From Ranitomeya imitator (taxonomy: Eukaryota): a stretch of DNA of 64,000 bases. Below, in pieces: positions 12,794-28,268 of this stretch. The stretch spans positions 571,392,001-571,456,000 of the forward strand of contig NC_091283.1 of assembly GCF_032444005.1 (NCBI RefSeq), in the 5' to 3' direction. Positions within the stretch are counted from its first letter, which is position 1. Every line of letters begins with the position of its first letter. The position numbers and the translations under genes are program-made. The notes beneath the pieces are model-generated. The model ran no database searches and was not told where the DNA came from. It worked only from the letters and a program-made list of their open reading frames with translations.

Positions 12794-13560
12794 TACACTG
12801 ACATTATACACTGCTGCTTCAGAATAATATACGGTATCTACTATATAATTGTCTAAGGGTCACTTCCGTCTTTCTGTCTGTCCTTCTGTCTGTCTGTCAC
12901 GGATATTCATTGGTCGCAGCCTCTGTCATGGAATCCAAGTCGCTGATTGGTCTTGCCAGCTGCCTGTCATGGCTGCCGCAACCAATCAGCGACGGCCACA
13001 GTCCAATTAGTCCCTCCCTACTCCCCTGCAGTCAGTGCCCGGCGCCCGCTCCATACTCCCCGCAGTCAGTGCCCGCTCCATACTCCCCTCCAGTCACCGC
13101 TCGCACAGGGTTAATGCCAGCGGTAACGGACCGCGTTATGCCACGGGTAACTCACTCCGTTACCGCCGCTATTAACCCTGTGTGACCAAGTTTTTACTAT
13201 TGATGCTGCCTATGCAGCATCAATAGTAAAAAGATCTAATGTTAAAAATAATAAAAAAAACAATAACCCTGCTATTCTCACCTTCCGTAGTCCGACGATG
13301 CGCTCGCGCCTGCCACCAGCTTCCGTTCCCAGAGATGCATTGCGAAATTACCCGGAAGACTTAGCGATCTCGCGAGACCGCTAAGTGATCTGGGTAATTT
13401 CGCAATGCATCCTCGGCACGAAAGATGGCGGCAGCCGCGCGCGCATTGCCAGAGGTTCGCTGGATCCTGGCGGGTGAGTATAACTATTTTTTATTTAATT
13501 ATTTTTTTTTTTAACAGGGATATGGTGCCCACACTGCTAAATACTACGTGGGCTGTGTTA

Positions 13561-13870
13561 GGCTACGTTCACATTTGCGTTGCGTCGGGCGCAACCGCGG
13601 CGACGCATGCGTCATGCGCCCCTATATTTATCATGGGGGGCGCATGGACAGGCGATGTGCTGCGTTTTGTGACGCATGCGTTTTTTTTGCCGCAAGCGTT
13701 AGGGCGCAGAAGACGCAGCAAGTTGCATTTTTTTGGCGTCCAAAATTCGGCAAAAAAGGACGCATGCGCCGCAAAACTATGCGTTTTAGCGTGCGTTTTG
13801 GTGCATTTTTGTTTGCGTTGTGCGTTGCGTCTCCGACGCAACATCGCACAACGCAAATGTGAACGTAGCC
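13561..13870. mobile_element. PIF/Harbinger-like palindromic MITE nested in the Helitron
   Basis: TTA|GGCTACGTTCACATTTGCG...CGCAAATGTGAACGTAGCC|TTA. Related TWA-flanked MITEs occur near 16341-16516, 18880-19200, 19990-20412, 37578-37920, 46360-46620 and 50400-50750. Confidence 0.75.
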
Positions 13871-15006
13871 TTAGATACCGCGTGGCTGCTATATACTACC
13901 TGGCCAGTGTTAGATACTATGTGGGCTGTGTTCTATACCACGTGGGCTGCGTTATATACTACATGGCTGCTATATACTATGTGGGCAGTGTTATATACTA
14001 CGTGGCTGTGTTCTATACTGCGTGCTATATACTACGTGGCCACTGTTCGATACTATGTGGGCTGTGCTACATATTACGTGGGCTGTGTTATATATTACAT
14101 GGCCAGTGGTACATACTACGTGGGCTGTGTTATATACTGCGTGCCTGCTATATACTGCGTGGCTGCTATATACTACGTGGGCTATATTAACACATCGGGT
14201 ATTCTACAATACGTATGTATGTATATAGCAGCCACATGTTATATACCACAGGCCACGTAGTACTCCTATATACTACGTGGCCTGTGCTATATACTATGTG
14301 GCTGCTATATACATACATATTCTAGAATACCCGATGCGTTAGAATCGGGCCACCATCTAGATATATATAATTGTCTAAGGGGTATGTCTGTCTGTCTGCA
14401 ACTTCCGTAACGGAAATCCCGCATCGCTGACTGGTCTCGCCAGCTGCCTGTCATGGCTGCAGCGACCAATCAGCGACGGGCACAGTCCGATTAGTCCCTC
14501 CCTACTCCCCTGCAGTCAGTGCCCGGGGCCCGCATACTCTCCTCCAGTCACCGCTCACTGAGGGTTAATGCCAGCGGTAACGGACCGCGTTATGCCGCGG
14601 GTAACGCACTCCGCTACCTCTGCTATTAACCCTGTGTGTCCCCAACTTTTTACTATTGCTGCTGCCTATGCAGCATCAAGAGTAAAAAAGATGTAATGTT
14701 AAAAGTAATAAAAAAACCTGCTATACTCCCCCTACATAGTCCGCTGAGCCGCGCGCGGCCTCCGCCAGGTTCCGTTCCCAGAGATGCATTGTGAAATAAC
14801 CCAGAAGACTTAGCGGTCTCGCGAAACCACTAAGTCATCTGGGTAATTTTGCAATGCATGCTGGGAACGGAACATGGCGCCAGCCGCGCGCGCATCGCCT
14901 GCGCCAGAGCTTCGCTGGTTTGGATCCCGGCAGGTGAGTATATAACTATTTTTTATTTTTTTTTATTTTTTTTTTTTAAACAGGGATATGTGCCCACACT
15001 GCTATA

Positions 15007-15283
15007 TATATAAGCAACAGAAGTAGGCAGGCACCGCACAAAATATAACGGCGATCAGCCACGTGCATATGGATCTATATAAGCAACAGAAGTAGGCAGG
15101 CACCGCACAAAATATAACGGCGATCAGCCACGTGCATATGGATCTATATAAGCAACAGAAGTAGGCAGGCACCGCACAAAATATAACGGCGATCAGCCAC
15201 GTGCATATGTATCTATATAAGCAACAGAAGTAGGCAGGCACCGCACAAAATATAACGGCGATCAGCCACGTGCATATGTACAC
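15007..15283 (+). repeat. 69-bp tandem repeat x4 inside the second Helitron unit
   Basis: TAAGCAACAGAAGTAGGCAGGCACCGCACAAAATATAACGGCGATCAGCCACGTGCATATG recurs at 69-bp spacing (15011, 15080, ...). Confidence 0.9.
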
Positions 15284-16340
15284 ACTGCTATATACTACGT
15301 GGGCTGTGTAATATACCGCGTGGCTGCTATATGCTACCTGGCCAGTGTTAGATGTTATGTGGGCTGTGTTATGTACTGCGTGGGCTGTGCTATATATTAC
15401 GTGGCCAGTGTTATATACTGTGTGGGCTGTGTTATATATTACGTGGCCAGTGTTATATACAACGTGGGCTGTGTAATATACCGCGTGGCTGCTATATACT
15501 ACCTGGCCAATGTTATATACTGCGAGTGCTGTGTTATATATTACGTGGCCAGTGTTATATACTGCGTGGGCTGTGTTATATACTGTGTGGCCACGCAATA
15601 TTAATGCATCGGGTATTCTACAATATGTATGTATGTATATAGCAGTCATAAAGTATATAGCACAGGTCATGTAGTATGTCTGCTATATACTACGTGGCCT
15701 GTGCTATATACTATGTGGCTGCTATATACATATTCTAGAATACCCGATGCGTTAGAATCGGGCCACAATCTAGTACTGTATATACGGTAATAGTCTGTAT
15801 ATAAACAAAAAAAAACACATTGTGGAGCCCACATTCTGCAATATACTGTACACAGTTTCACTAATACTATAACATAAAATATGTATATATTGTATTCATG
15901 TCCTCCAATATAAAAATGCAGTCAGCCGGCACCTGCAGTGTATGGAGGAGAAGGAGGTGCTAAGCATGTATGGACTCGGAGTAAGATTAGTAGCCGACTG
16001 CTGGTGACCTCTTCACGGATGTCATCTAAGGGTTAAATACAGCTGTCTTTTTTTGGGTTCCCATAAGCTTCTCTACAGGATTTCAAAAACCCCAAGAAAA
16101 GATAAATGTATGTGCAAAAAGATAATAAACAAACTGCCTCTTCAGAGAGGAAGCGGGCTTGAACTCTATAGTGCCTCCTGTTGGAAGCAGCAATCCTACA
16201 AGCCACCATCAACCCTTTAACAGGCCTTCAAATGTGACAGGATAAAAGCCAAAGGTTCAAAAGGAAAAACACTTATAAAATAATGACATTGTAGTCACTG
16301 GAACGGTGTTTTAAAATGATTAAAAAAAACAGGAGCCTTA

Positions 16341-16516
16341 GGCCACGTTCACACGCTCAGTATTTGGTCAGTATTTTACCTCAGTATTTGTCAGCAAAAA
16401 CCAGGAGTGGAACAGTCAGAGGAAAAGTATAATAGAAACACGTCACCCACTCCTGGTTTTGGCTTACAAATACTGAGGTAAAATACTGACCAAATACTGA
16501 ACGTGTGCATGTGGCC
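16341..16516. mobile_element. PIF/Harbinger-like MITE
   Basis: TTA|GGCCACGTTCACACG...CGTGTGCATGTGGCC|TTA, internally palindromic. Confidence 0.75.
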
Positions 16517-19500
16517 TTAAGGGGAAATGCACTTCTGAAGTATTTCCACGTCACTCATTTTCATGATTGAATTCACCATATACATTGGAAATGGTAAAGT
16601 CTGCAAAAATCCCTCACAAATAATTAACATTCTACGAATTTTTTAAATATGAAATGCAGGTCAGCTGAAATATTCCAGTACTGATAGGTCAAGCATTTTA
16701 AAATCTCATCTTTTTATCTGGTACAGTATTGTGGATATTATGCATTGTGCTCATCTCTATCTCGCTTGATTAATATTACACTAAATCAGCAATGTGCAGG
16801 CCACTGAATTTAAAAAAAAAACATGATTTACTCCTCAATAAAACACCACAAAATACTCCAGTAGACATCTAACTTGTCCACTGCCGCTTGTCATGTGTAA
16901 TCCATTTCTAGCAGAAGAAACGCTGTCCTAGAATACAGCGAGTGGGATCCGGTCCGTGTCTCTCTGCTCCTTCTACTCTGCCTATCAAACTGCATAAAAG
17001 GCATAATACAGGTGGGCAAACATGCCACTGAAAAGGAAGTTCCAGAACTAATAGTGCTGACTGAATGATGATTAAGAGAAACCACCCCCTGACAGAGGGA
17101 ATGGCACATTATAGTGCTGGAACATTGGTATGTATTCGATTAGCATGTACGATAAAGCAGCGTTAACACGTTGTTGGGCATGACCGTGCTGTTCTACAGG
17201 TTGTGCGTGAAAGGACAGGTATGCAGCTGTCATGGCCAGCCATATCAGAGATTTCAGAGGCCGGCCACACACATCAGAGCTGCCAGCCAGGACATATTTA
17301 TTTACTTATTCATTTCGGACATGACCTTGGTGCTTTTGTTTTCAGGATTCGCTGTTCCAGGCGGGGTCTAGATTAAAGAGACGGTCTGAAATACAAATTC
17401 ATTTTCATCCTAAATCCCCATCTATTTAATGCCATAATCTAAACTGTTTTCTAATATACTTTCATTAACAATTCCCTAACGACACTATCTAACTGCTTTC
17501 CTTATTTTTGTTGCGGGGCGTGGCTGCTCTCTGCACGCCGGAACGTTACTGCTGATATGAACCGACGAGATAGGGATTTAGTATGACAATTAATATGTGT
17601 TCCGGACCACCCCTTTAACTTCAGTTTTCTATATTAAAGAGATCTTGTCACAAAGTCAAATGTGGGCAGTTTCAGCTCTTCCTTTATTCCCACTGCCCCC
17701 AAGTATTCGATTTTTTGTTTTCTTTTTTTAACATCTGATATGCAGGTCCAAATATTTATTTTTTTCTTTTTACTAAAGAGACGGTGCTCACAGGATTTTT
17801 GGGGGGCATCACTAAGCTGCTCTGCATTATTATACATATACCAGATCAAAAAAAAAAAAAAAAGAGAGGAGGAATACCCAGAAGAGCAGCGGGAATAAAA
17901 CTGAAGAAAAAAAAAATGACCATTTATGACTTTATTAACCCAAGTCCCCAGCCTCAAGTATTATTCGCCTGCTGCCGTCGTCAGCTGTTCCAAGTCCCAC
18001 GACTGTCTCAATCCGCCATTTGGTGACCGCTAGTCAGAGGTAACGGTCACAAGCTCTCAGTGTAAGTCTATGGGAGCCTCGTTCTGGCTCTCGTAGACCT
18101 ACATCGAGTAGTGATCTACCAGCAAACACTGCAGCGACCCGGCAGGTCACAACCCGCAGAAGACTGGTAACTAGTTCTAGGTGTAGAGGACGTACGGAAC
18201 CATTCCAGCGGTAAAATAAAAAACATAGGAGTGGTCCTTAAGGTTACACTTTTTTTTTTTAACCGGCTTATAAAAAAGAAACTTTAAGGCATCCGAGCGT
18301 ATACAGATTATTTTGACTGTATACAGTTTACAGTGAATGCAGCTGAGGTCTTTATATCAGAATTATGGGCTGTATCCCTTATAGCCATTATCCTTTATTA
18401 TGGTTTTACAATATTTTTTGGAAAGCTGCATGTCATACGTTTGCAATCCTCAGAACGTCCGTAGCCACATGAGTGACACTAGCAGCTTTTTCTATACGTG
18501 TGATCAATTATGGCTAATTAACCAGTGAGCGGGAGAGGGAGAGGCTTGTGCAGCGTCTCCGGAGGCCACTCGGAGCGGTGACGCTGACATGACGCACACA
18601 CTACACACATGCTGCATCAGGCGTCTGCGGCTGCCATAAGGCTTAATACTGTAGATGGGCAAACAAAGGTGTGGGGGTAGAGCTGTGTGCAGACAGTTAC
18701 ACTGCCAGGCCGCCCCCAGCCACGTCTGTGCGACCAGGAAAACAAAATGGATGTCAAACAAGACAAATTAACTCATAAAGAGGGGTGGGCTATGGGATGG
18801 GAAATCTGCTGTTGTCATGGATTCCCGGCAATGTGCCTTACTGTTGGAACTTGTTTTACAGGCCTTCTGTGTGTGGGTAAAGGTTCACACTGCGTTAGTG
18901 CAGTCCATTCAACGCATACGTTAAACGGGCTGTGCTGACGCAAGTGCCGACTTTGCACAGCGCTAGCGCAGATGGAGCATCTGATAGCTCTATCTGCGCT
19001 AGCAGTGACGGACCCGGAAACGCTGCAGCCCGCGTCTCAGGTCCGTTACTCAATGTCGGACGCATCGCTAGCGCACGCCCACTGTGGGCGTGCGCTAGCG
19101 ATGCGTCCGACATTGCATTCAATGGCGCCGTTAACGGACTACGTTATGCCGCGGTGTGACGTAGTCCGTTTAATGGAGACACTGAACGCAATGTGAACCT
19201 TAGACAGGTGTAACAAGAAAGCAAATGCCCTTCCCCCTCCGTAATATTCAGCTAGCCTGGAAAAACTGCCCCTCTCCTCACATTCAATATATGGTGACAA
19301 GACACGTTACAAAAAACGACATTAAAAGTAAATTACTAAATATATTTCATTAGTAAATGTGTCTAAGGAGGTAATAAAATGGCCAGGGTCTTGTTACTCT
19401 GACAATGTTAGTAGGACGGGTGCCTGTGAGCATGTGCAGTACGAAGCTCGTGGTGGTATAGGGTATCGCCAGGTCACAGCAGCAGAGCTTCCTACTGCAC

Positions 19501-20503
19501 ATGCTCACAGGCTCCTGTCCTACTAACATTATAGATCAAGCAAAGAAATGCAAAAAAATATCAATTATTGTGTGTGATTGGATGTGCCGCTGATAACGCG
19601 CCATTTCAGCAGTCACCCGACTACTGCAGCCAATCATGGGCCCCAGCAGAGATTGAACAAGGCTTCCTGAAACACTGGGTGCGAGTTAGAGCAGGTAAGT
19701 ATACATAATTCTATTGCTTTTTACCTATTTGTGGACAAACACCTTGTATATAGAAATTGAGCAGGCCACAATTTTTGTGCATGGATTCATATATAAAACG
19801 GTTTAGGCCGATAGCAGGATGAGGGACACCGGAGCGCGTCTCCATTCCTACCCAATAGGGCTGCCGGAAGAAAACAACTGCAGAGCTCGTCAGCCCAATA
19901 GAGAATGAACGGAGCAATGGGTGAGCGCGAGCACTGATGCGCCATCGTAAAGAGGATGAAAGTTCTGATTGGCCAATCTGTGCGCCCTAAGGCTATGTGC
20001 CCACGTTGTGTTTTTACTGCGTTTTTTAGTGCAAATTTTAAGCTGTCTTTTACAGTACCAGGAAAGGGATTTCAGAAATCTCATGCACATAAATGGTTTT
20101 TTTTCCTGAATGATTTGGAAAACTGATTTTTTTTTTTTTTTTAAACTGCAGCATGTCGCTTCTTTCAGTGTTTCATCACCCATAGAAAGCAATCAGTAAA
20201 GTGCAAAAATGCAGCAATACACACATGTATGTTTTCGGTACAAAACCCTTAAAAGTTGCATCATGATTTTTAGGGGGGGGGGGGTGTCTAAACTTTTTCA
20301 GCAAGCACAAGAGACAACAAAAAAGCTTTTTGTAAGCTACTTCTTTACTGCCAATTGAGCAGGTTTTGCCTACAGAAAAAAATGCAGCAAAAACGCAAAG
20401 TGTGAACATAGCCTAACAGTCAGGTCCCCGCCAATAGGTGATAACCCTGTTGAATGTGGCCATGTAGTGCAGAATCTCTATTCGGGGGTCTGGGTGGGAG
20501 ACA

Positions 20504-22125
20504 TATATATAACCTCTGGCACTCAAAAAATAAATCACAATTTCTTTGCTTTTAATTAGTGGATTTATTCACTACCGGTCATATCATAACAGACAATCTC
20601 CAATGTTTCGGCATTTCATGCATTATCAAGGAAGTCTAAGATAAATAATGAACAATCATGTGTCAATAATAATAATAATATAACGTACAACATAATGTAT
20701 ACAATCCATACAAATCATATATCCTGTGATGCCATATGGTAGTGAAGATCCCTATGAAGAAAAAATCACCGAAAAAAGTGAACCAGTACACCTCTAATCA
20801 GGATTATAAGAAATTTATACAAGTATACCACATACTATAAGAACCCAGTGGAGGCCTCAAGAACTCAGGACACAATGGAAAAAGAAAAAAAAGTCAGATG
20901 AGGAATAACCCTTAAGCGCCCAGATAAAGTATAATGATCCAACCCATAAAAAATACCTTGGTCCAGGCTATATACTAAAGAACAATTGCGGAATCAGCCA
21001 ATCTGCTGTTAAAGTAAACATAGTGAGCAGTCCAGTAATAAATTGACCATACCTATAGGGCAATCCCCAGAGCATAAATACCTTAATCCTTATGGAGCCA
21101 CGTGAGACCGGTGTGCGCGCTGGCCTGCAGTGATAAACAGTGCCGTAAAGTGGGTTTAAGTGCTGTGTGATCAACTAGGTCACCTCCGCTCCCAGCATAG
21201 CGCTGTACATGGAGAGGATCCAAAGCGAAAGTACGCGCATGCGCAGTGTAAAATACAAGCAAAGAACAAGCGACAGCATCGCATCAGCTGTATAACAGCT
21301 GATGAGACAAAGCGCTTGCGCAGCACAGCGCTATGAGACAAAGGGAGATCATAAGTCCCAGCATAAACCCCCAAACCTAAGATAACGATATTGGACACTG
21401 AAGGCAGCAGCATATATTAAAGTACCCAGGCCAGCGCGCGCACCGGTCTCACGTGGCTCCATAAGGATTAAGGTATTTATGCTCTGGGGATTGCCCTATA
21501 GGTATGGTCAATTTATTACTGGACTGCTCACTATGTTTACTTTAACAGCAGATTGGCTGATTCCGCAATTGTTCTTTAGTATATAGCCTGGACCAAGGTA
21601 TTTTTTATGGGTTGGATCATTATACTTTATCTGGGCGCTTAAGGGTTATTCCTCATCTGACTTTTTTTTCTTTTTCCATTGTGTCCTGAGTTCTTGAGGC
21701 CTCCACTGGGTTCTTATAGTATGTGGTATACTTGTATAAATTTCTTATAATCCTGATTAGAGGTGTACTGGTTCACTTTTTTCGGTGATTTTTTCTTCTC
21801 TAGGGATCTTCACTACCATATGGCATCACAGGATATACGATTTGTATGGATTGTATACATTATGTTGTACGTTATATTATTATTATTGACACATGATTGT
21901 TCATTATTTATCTTAGACTTCCTTGATAAAAGCATGAAATGCCGAAACGTTGGAGATTGTCTGTTATAATATGACCTGTAGTGAATAAATCCACTAATTA
22001 AAAGCAAAGAAATTGTGATTTTTTTTTGAGTGCCAGAGGTTATATATATATCTTGCATTGGAATTTTTTTCCTCTGAGCACCACCCGATTGGATATACGA
22101 GTGCGCCCCCTTTTGTTCTTGTTTA
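20504..22125 (+). mobile_element. Non-autonomous Penelope-like element with an inverted 5' duplication (arms 20504..21127 and 21427..~22050)
   Basis: About 620-bp near-perfect inverted arms; 13-bp direct repeat TGGGTGGGAGACA at 20491-20503 and 22126-22138; hammerhead variant in the arms. Confidence 0.8.
21919..21955 (+). ncRNA. Minimal hammerhead ribozyme variant (U3-A8 core)
   Basis: TTCC-TTGATAA-AA-GCAT(GAA)ATGC-C-GAAACGT-T-GGAG. The compensatory U3/A8 variant is known from PLE hammerheads. The inverted copy at 20598..20633 has stem III ACGT changed to ACAT. Confidence 0.7.
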
Positions 22126-22354
22126 TGGGTGGGAGACAACATGGTGGCCAGATAGAACCCAATAAATTATAGCAGCTGCTGTTTTTACTGTAAAACTCAC
22201 CATGACAATCCTGAAAAAGGACAAAAAAAATAATCAGTAGAAATATAAATGTTAAAAAAATAAATAAATCTAAAAGACATCGCTACTATGCGGGACTATA
22301 TAAAGAACAGGAGTCAGGTGTGTACGAGCCTTTCATGTGTTACACAGTAACCCA

Positions 22355-23709
22355 TCTACTATATAATTGTCTAAGGGTCACTTCCGTCTTTCTGTCTGTC
22401 CTTCTGTCTGTCTTTCTGTCACGGATATTCATTGGTTGCAACCTCTATCTGTCATGGAAATCCAAGTCGCTGATTGGTCGTGGCTGTTTTGCCACGACCA
22501 ATCAGCGACGGGCACAGTCCGGAAGAAAATGGCCGCTCCTTACTCCCCGCAGTCAGTGCCCGGCGCCCGCATACTCCCCTCCAGTCACCGCTCACACAGA
22601 GTTAATGCCGGCGGTAACGGACCACGTTCTGCCGCGGGTAACTCACTCCGTAACCGCTGCTATTAACCCTGTCTGTCCCCAAATTTTTACTATTGATGCT
22701 GCCTATGAGGCATCAATAGTAAAAAAAATGTAATGTTAAAAATAAAAAAAAAAACTGCAATTCTCACCCTACGTAGTCCGCCGAGCCGCATGCGCCTGCC
22801 GCCATCATCTGTTCCCAGCGATGCATTGCAGAATTACCCAGAAGACTTAACGGTCTCGCGAGACCCCCTAAGTCATCTGGGTAATTTCGCAATGCACCCT
22901 GGGAATGGAAGATGGCGGCAGCCGCGCACGTATCGCCGGAGCTTCGGTGGATCCCAGGGGTGAGTATATAACTATTTTTTATTTGAATTATTATTTTTTT
23001 AACAGGGATATGGTGCCCACACTGCTGTATACTACGTGGGCTGTGTTAGACACCACGTGGCTGCTATATACTACATAGGCAGTGTTATATACTATATGTG
23101 CTGTGTTATATACTCCGTGGGCTGTGCTATATACTGCGTGGGCTGTGCTATATATTACGTGGCCACTGTTATATACTACGTGGCTGCTATATACTGCATG
23201 GGCAGTGTTATAATAATAAAATAATCTTTATTTTTATATAGCGCTAACATATTCCGCAGCGCTTTACATTTTGCACACATTATCATCGCTGTCCCCGATG
23301 GGGCTCACAATCTAAATTCCCTATCAGTATGTCTTTGGAAGTGTTATATACTACGTGGCCGCTATATACTGCGTGGGCTGTGCTATATATTATGTGGCCA
23401 GTGTTATATACTGCATGGCCTGTGTTATATACTACGTCGCCTGTGTTCTATTCTTCGTGGCTGCTATATACTGCATGTGCTGTGTTATATAGTACGTGGT
23501 TGTGTTATATACTGCGTGGCCACTTATATATTGCGTGGCCTGTATTAACGCATCGGGTATTCTACAATATGTATGTATATAGCAGCCACATAGTATATAG
23601 CCACGTAGTATTTGTCTGCTACATACTACATGGCTCCTATATACTACGTGGCCTGTGCTATATACATATTCTAGAATACCCGATGCATTAGAATCGGGCC
23701 ACCATCTAG
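22355..23709 (+). mobile_element. Non-autonomous Helitron (same family as 12837..15773), with a V-SINE fragment at about 23221-23340
   Basis: A|TCTACTATATAATTGTCTAAGGG...ATCGGGCCACCATCTAG|T. Confidence 0.85.
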
Positions 23710-25436
23710 TCTATAATAACTGAATTCAGTGTATTTTATAAAGAACAGAAAGTTGGTCAGAAATTAAAGTCAAAGGTTTTCCAGCAAATTTAGACCTTGG
23801 GAGTGGGACATGAGCTCGGACAGTTTTGTTTATTGAGGAGGTTTTCTCACCCATAGGCCACGTTCACACGTTCAGTATTTGGTATTTTACCTCAGTATTT
23901 GTAAGCCAAAACCAGCAGTAGGTGATAATACAGAAGTGGTGACGTGTTTCTATTATACTTTTCCTCTGATTGTCTTAAAAAAGCAAAATATGATCACTTT
24001 TGACCTGTAGACCGGTCCGCTTTAAAAGGGGTTGTCCACTACTAGGATAACCCCATTTTCCCATGGCGCTCGCATTGACATCAGAAAGGTAAGGTGAGTT
24101 CATTGGCTGTGAACTCCCAGGACCTGTCTGATGGCACCCCCAGCAGGAGAACTTTCTCATGCTCGGAGCCATCAGCTAAGTAAAAGGAGTTCACAGAGAG
24201 ACACTGAGCACACGGTGCTCAGTGTCTACTCAATGACAGGCTGTATGGATGCATCATGCAACCATCCACCCTGCCATCTAGACGTAGCAGAGCTAGACCC
24301 GTTGTGGGACAATTGGATTAGCAGCATCTCTGCGGAAAAGTGAAGAATCTCATTGTTTTGTTTATTTTTCTTTTATTTATTTACATTTGCAGATGACGAG
24401 GGCATCAGGGGAATGGGGGAGATGGTCGTAAGTATTGTGTAATTAAGATTATTAAAAGGAGTCTGTGTCAATTAAAGGACTTTTTTCTGGGTGTCTTTTC
24501 ACACAATGTGACTGTGGGGTTAGTAATGCCTCTCCATTACTGACCTCGGGGCTTGATGTCACCTGACAATACAAAGGTGACATCAAACCCTCCCCCCCCC
24601 CCCCCCCAACTCTCATTCCACTTGGCACCGCTACAGGTCAAGTGGGAAGAGCGAGGCTAAGTGCCAGAATCGGCGGATCTCAGAGATGTGCCTTTTCTGG
24701 GGTGAGCTGATGTTTTTAGCCTGGGGGGGAGGGGGGGGGCAGTATCCATGGCCCCATCATAGGCTATTAATATCAACCCACAGCTGCCTGCATAGCCCTT
24801 GCTGGTTATTAATTATAGGGGGACCCTACGTCATTTTTTTTGCGTCCCCCATTTTAATAGCCAGTAAAGGATAAGTATACAGTTGTGAGCTGATATTAAT
24901 AGCCTGGGAAGCCCCATGGGTATTTCCCCTTTCCCAGGCTATAAATACAGTCCCCCAGGCGTCGGCTTTCCCTCTGCTGGTTACACAAATTGCGATTGAG
25001 CCCGCCCACATCATTTATTTCCGAAAATGTATCTTTTATTAAATACATGTACAGTAAGCTGCATACACACTGTACTAATTGTATTTGTCTGACACCTGTA
25101 TATCTACCTAAACTATTTGTATTTACTGTACGTAATACATCTCTTCCATGCTGTCGGCTCCTGCAGTGATTTTACAGTACACGGTACATAAATTGCTGGC
25201 TTTTTATATATACAGTACAGACCAAAAGTTTGGACACACCTCATTTAAAGATTTTTCTGTATTTTCATGACTATGAAAATTGTACATTCACACTGAAGGC
25301 ATCAAAACTATGAATTAACACATGTGGAATTATAGACTTAACAAAAAAGTGTGAAACATCTGAAATTATGTCTTATATTCTAGGTTCTTCAAAGTAGCCA
25401 CCTTTTGCTTTGATGACTGCTTTGCACACTCTTGGC

Positions 25437-26641
25437 ATCTACATAATGGGGAAAAGTGAAAGGAAAAGTGTTGGAGGCAAATTGACAGCTGCCAGATGTG
25501 AACAAGGGGGACTTAAAGAATGAGAGCGATGGCACCAAAGAGTATATACCGTACAGTTGCTAAGGTGGGGCCCCGACATGGGAAACTCACCACACACGGG
25601 GATATGAACACACACACAAAATGCGCCACACACTACCACGTGCTTGAACACATATACCACCCTCAGCACACATTTCACCACACATACATCAACCTCGCCA
25701 CATAAAAGTCGAAACACAAAAGTCGCCGCTCAAAACTCGCCACGCGCAAAACTCGCCACATGCAAAAACTAGGCTCACGCAAAACTCGCCACAAGTGCAA
25801 AACTCACCTCATGGAAAACTCGCCACACGCGCAAAAATTGCCACATGCACAAAAGTTGCAACACATGCAAAAGTTGCCTCACACAAAACTTGCACATACT
25901 CAAAAGGCACCACACATAAAACTCTCCACACGCAAAACTCGCCATGCGCAAAACTTGCTGCACACAACTTGCTACACTAACCTGTCACATGCAACTCGAC
26001 ACACAAAAAGTTGCTACACGCATGTTGCCACACAAAACTCAACACACAACTTGACAAACAAAACTCGCCCTAAAACACACACAGTTTCATTTGTCAAGTT
26101 GTGTGTGTTGAGTTGCGTGTGGCGACATGCATGTAGCGACTTTTTATGTGTGGTGCCTTTTGAGTATGTGCAAGTTTTGAGTGAGGCAACTTTTGCATGT
26201 GTTGCAACTTTTGTGCATGTGGCAATTTTTCCGCGTGTGCAAGTTTTGCGTGTGGCGAGTTTTCCATGAGGTGAGTTTTGCACTTGTGGCGAGTTTTGCG
26301 TGAGCCTAGTTTTTGCATGTGGCGAGTTTTGCGCGTGGCGAGTTTTGAGCGGCGACTTTTGTGTTTCGACTTTTATGTGGCGAGGTTGATGTATGTGTGG
26401 TGAAATGTGTGCTGAGGGTAATATGTGTTCAAGCACGTGGTAGTGTGTGGCGCATTTTGTGTGTGTGTTCATATCCCCGTGTGTGCTGAGTATCCCATGT
26501 CGGGGCCCCACCTTAGCAACTGTATGGTATATACTCTTTGGCGCCATCGCTCTCATTCTTTAAGTCCCCCTTGTTCACATCTGGCAGCTGTCAATTTGCC
26601 TCCAACACTTTTCCTTTCACTTTTTTCCCCATTATGTAGAT
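25437..26641. repeat. Long fold-back inverted repeat (arms about 620 and 550 bp, spacer about 30 bp) adjoining a truncated Tc1 end at about 25213-25436
   Basis: ATCTACATAATGGGGAAAAGTGAAAGG... at 25437 is the reverse complement of ...CCCCATTATGTAGAT ending at 26641. The interior is made of AAAACTCGCCAC-type repeats. Confidence 0.85.
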
Positions 26642-26855
26642 AGGGGCAAAATTGTTTGGTGAATTGGAACGCGCGGGGTTAAAATTTCGCCTCACAACAT
26701 AGCCTATGATGCTCTCGGGGTCCAGACGTGTGACTGTGCAAAATTTTGTGGCTGTAGCTGCGACGGTGCAGATGCCAATTCCGGACATACACACACATAG
26801 AGATATAGAGATATATATACACACATACATACATACATACATACATACATACATA

Positions 26856-28268
<1,413 letters not shown>

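Larger units (their letters stand above)
12837..15773 (+). mobile_element. Head-to-tail dimer of non-autonomous Helitrons (12837..14360 and 14361..15773)
   Basis: Starts A|TCTACTATATAATTGTCTAAGGG. Each unit ends with the CCCGAT-GCGTTAGA-ATCGGG hairpin plus CTAG, and the last CTAG is followed by T. Internal about 21-bp GGGCTGTGTTATATACTACGT minisatellite. Confidence 0.85.
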
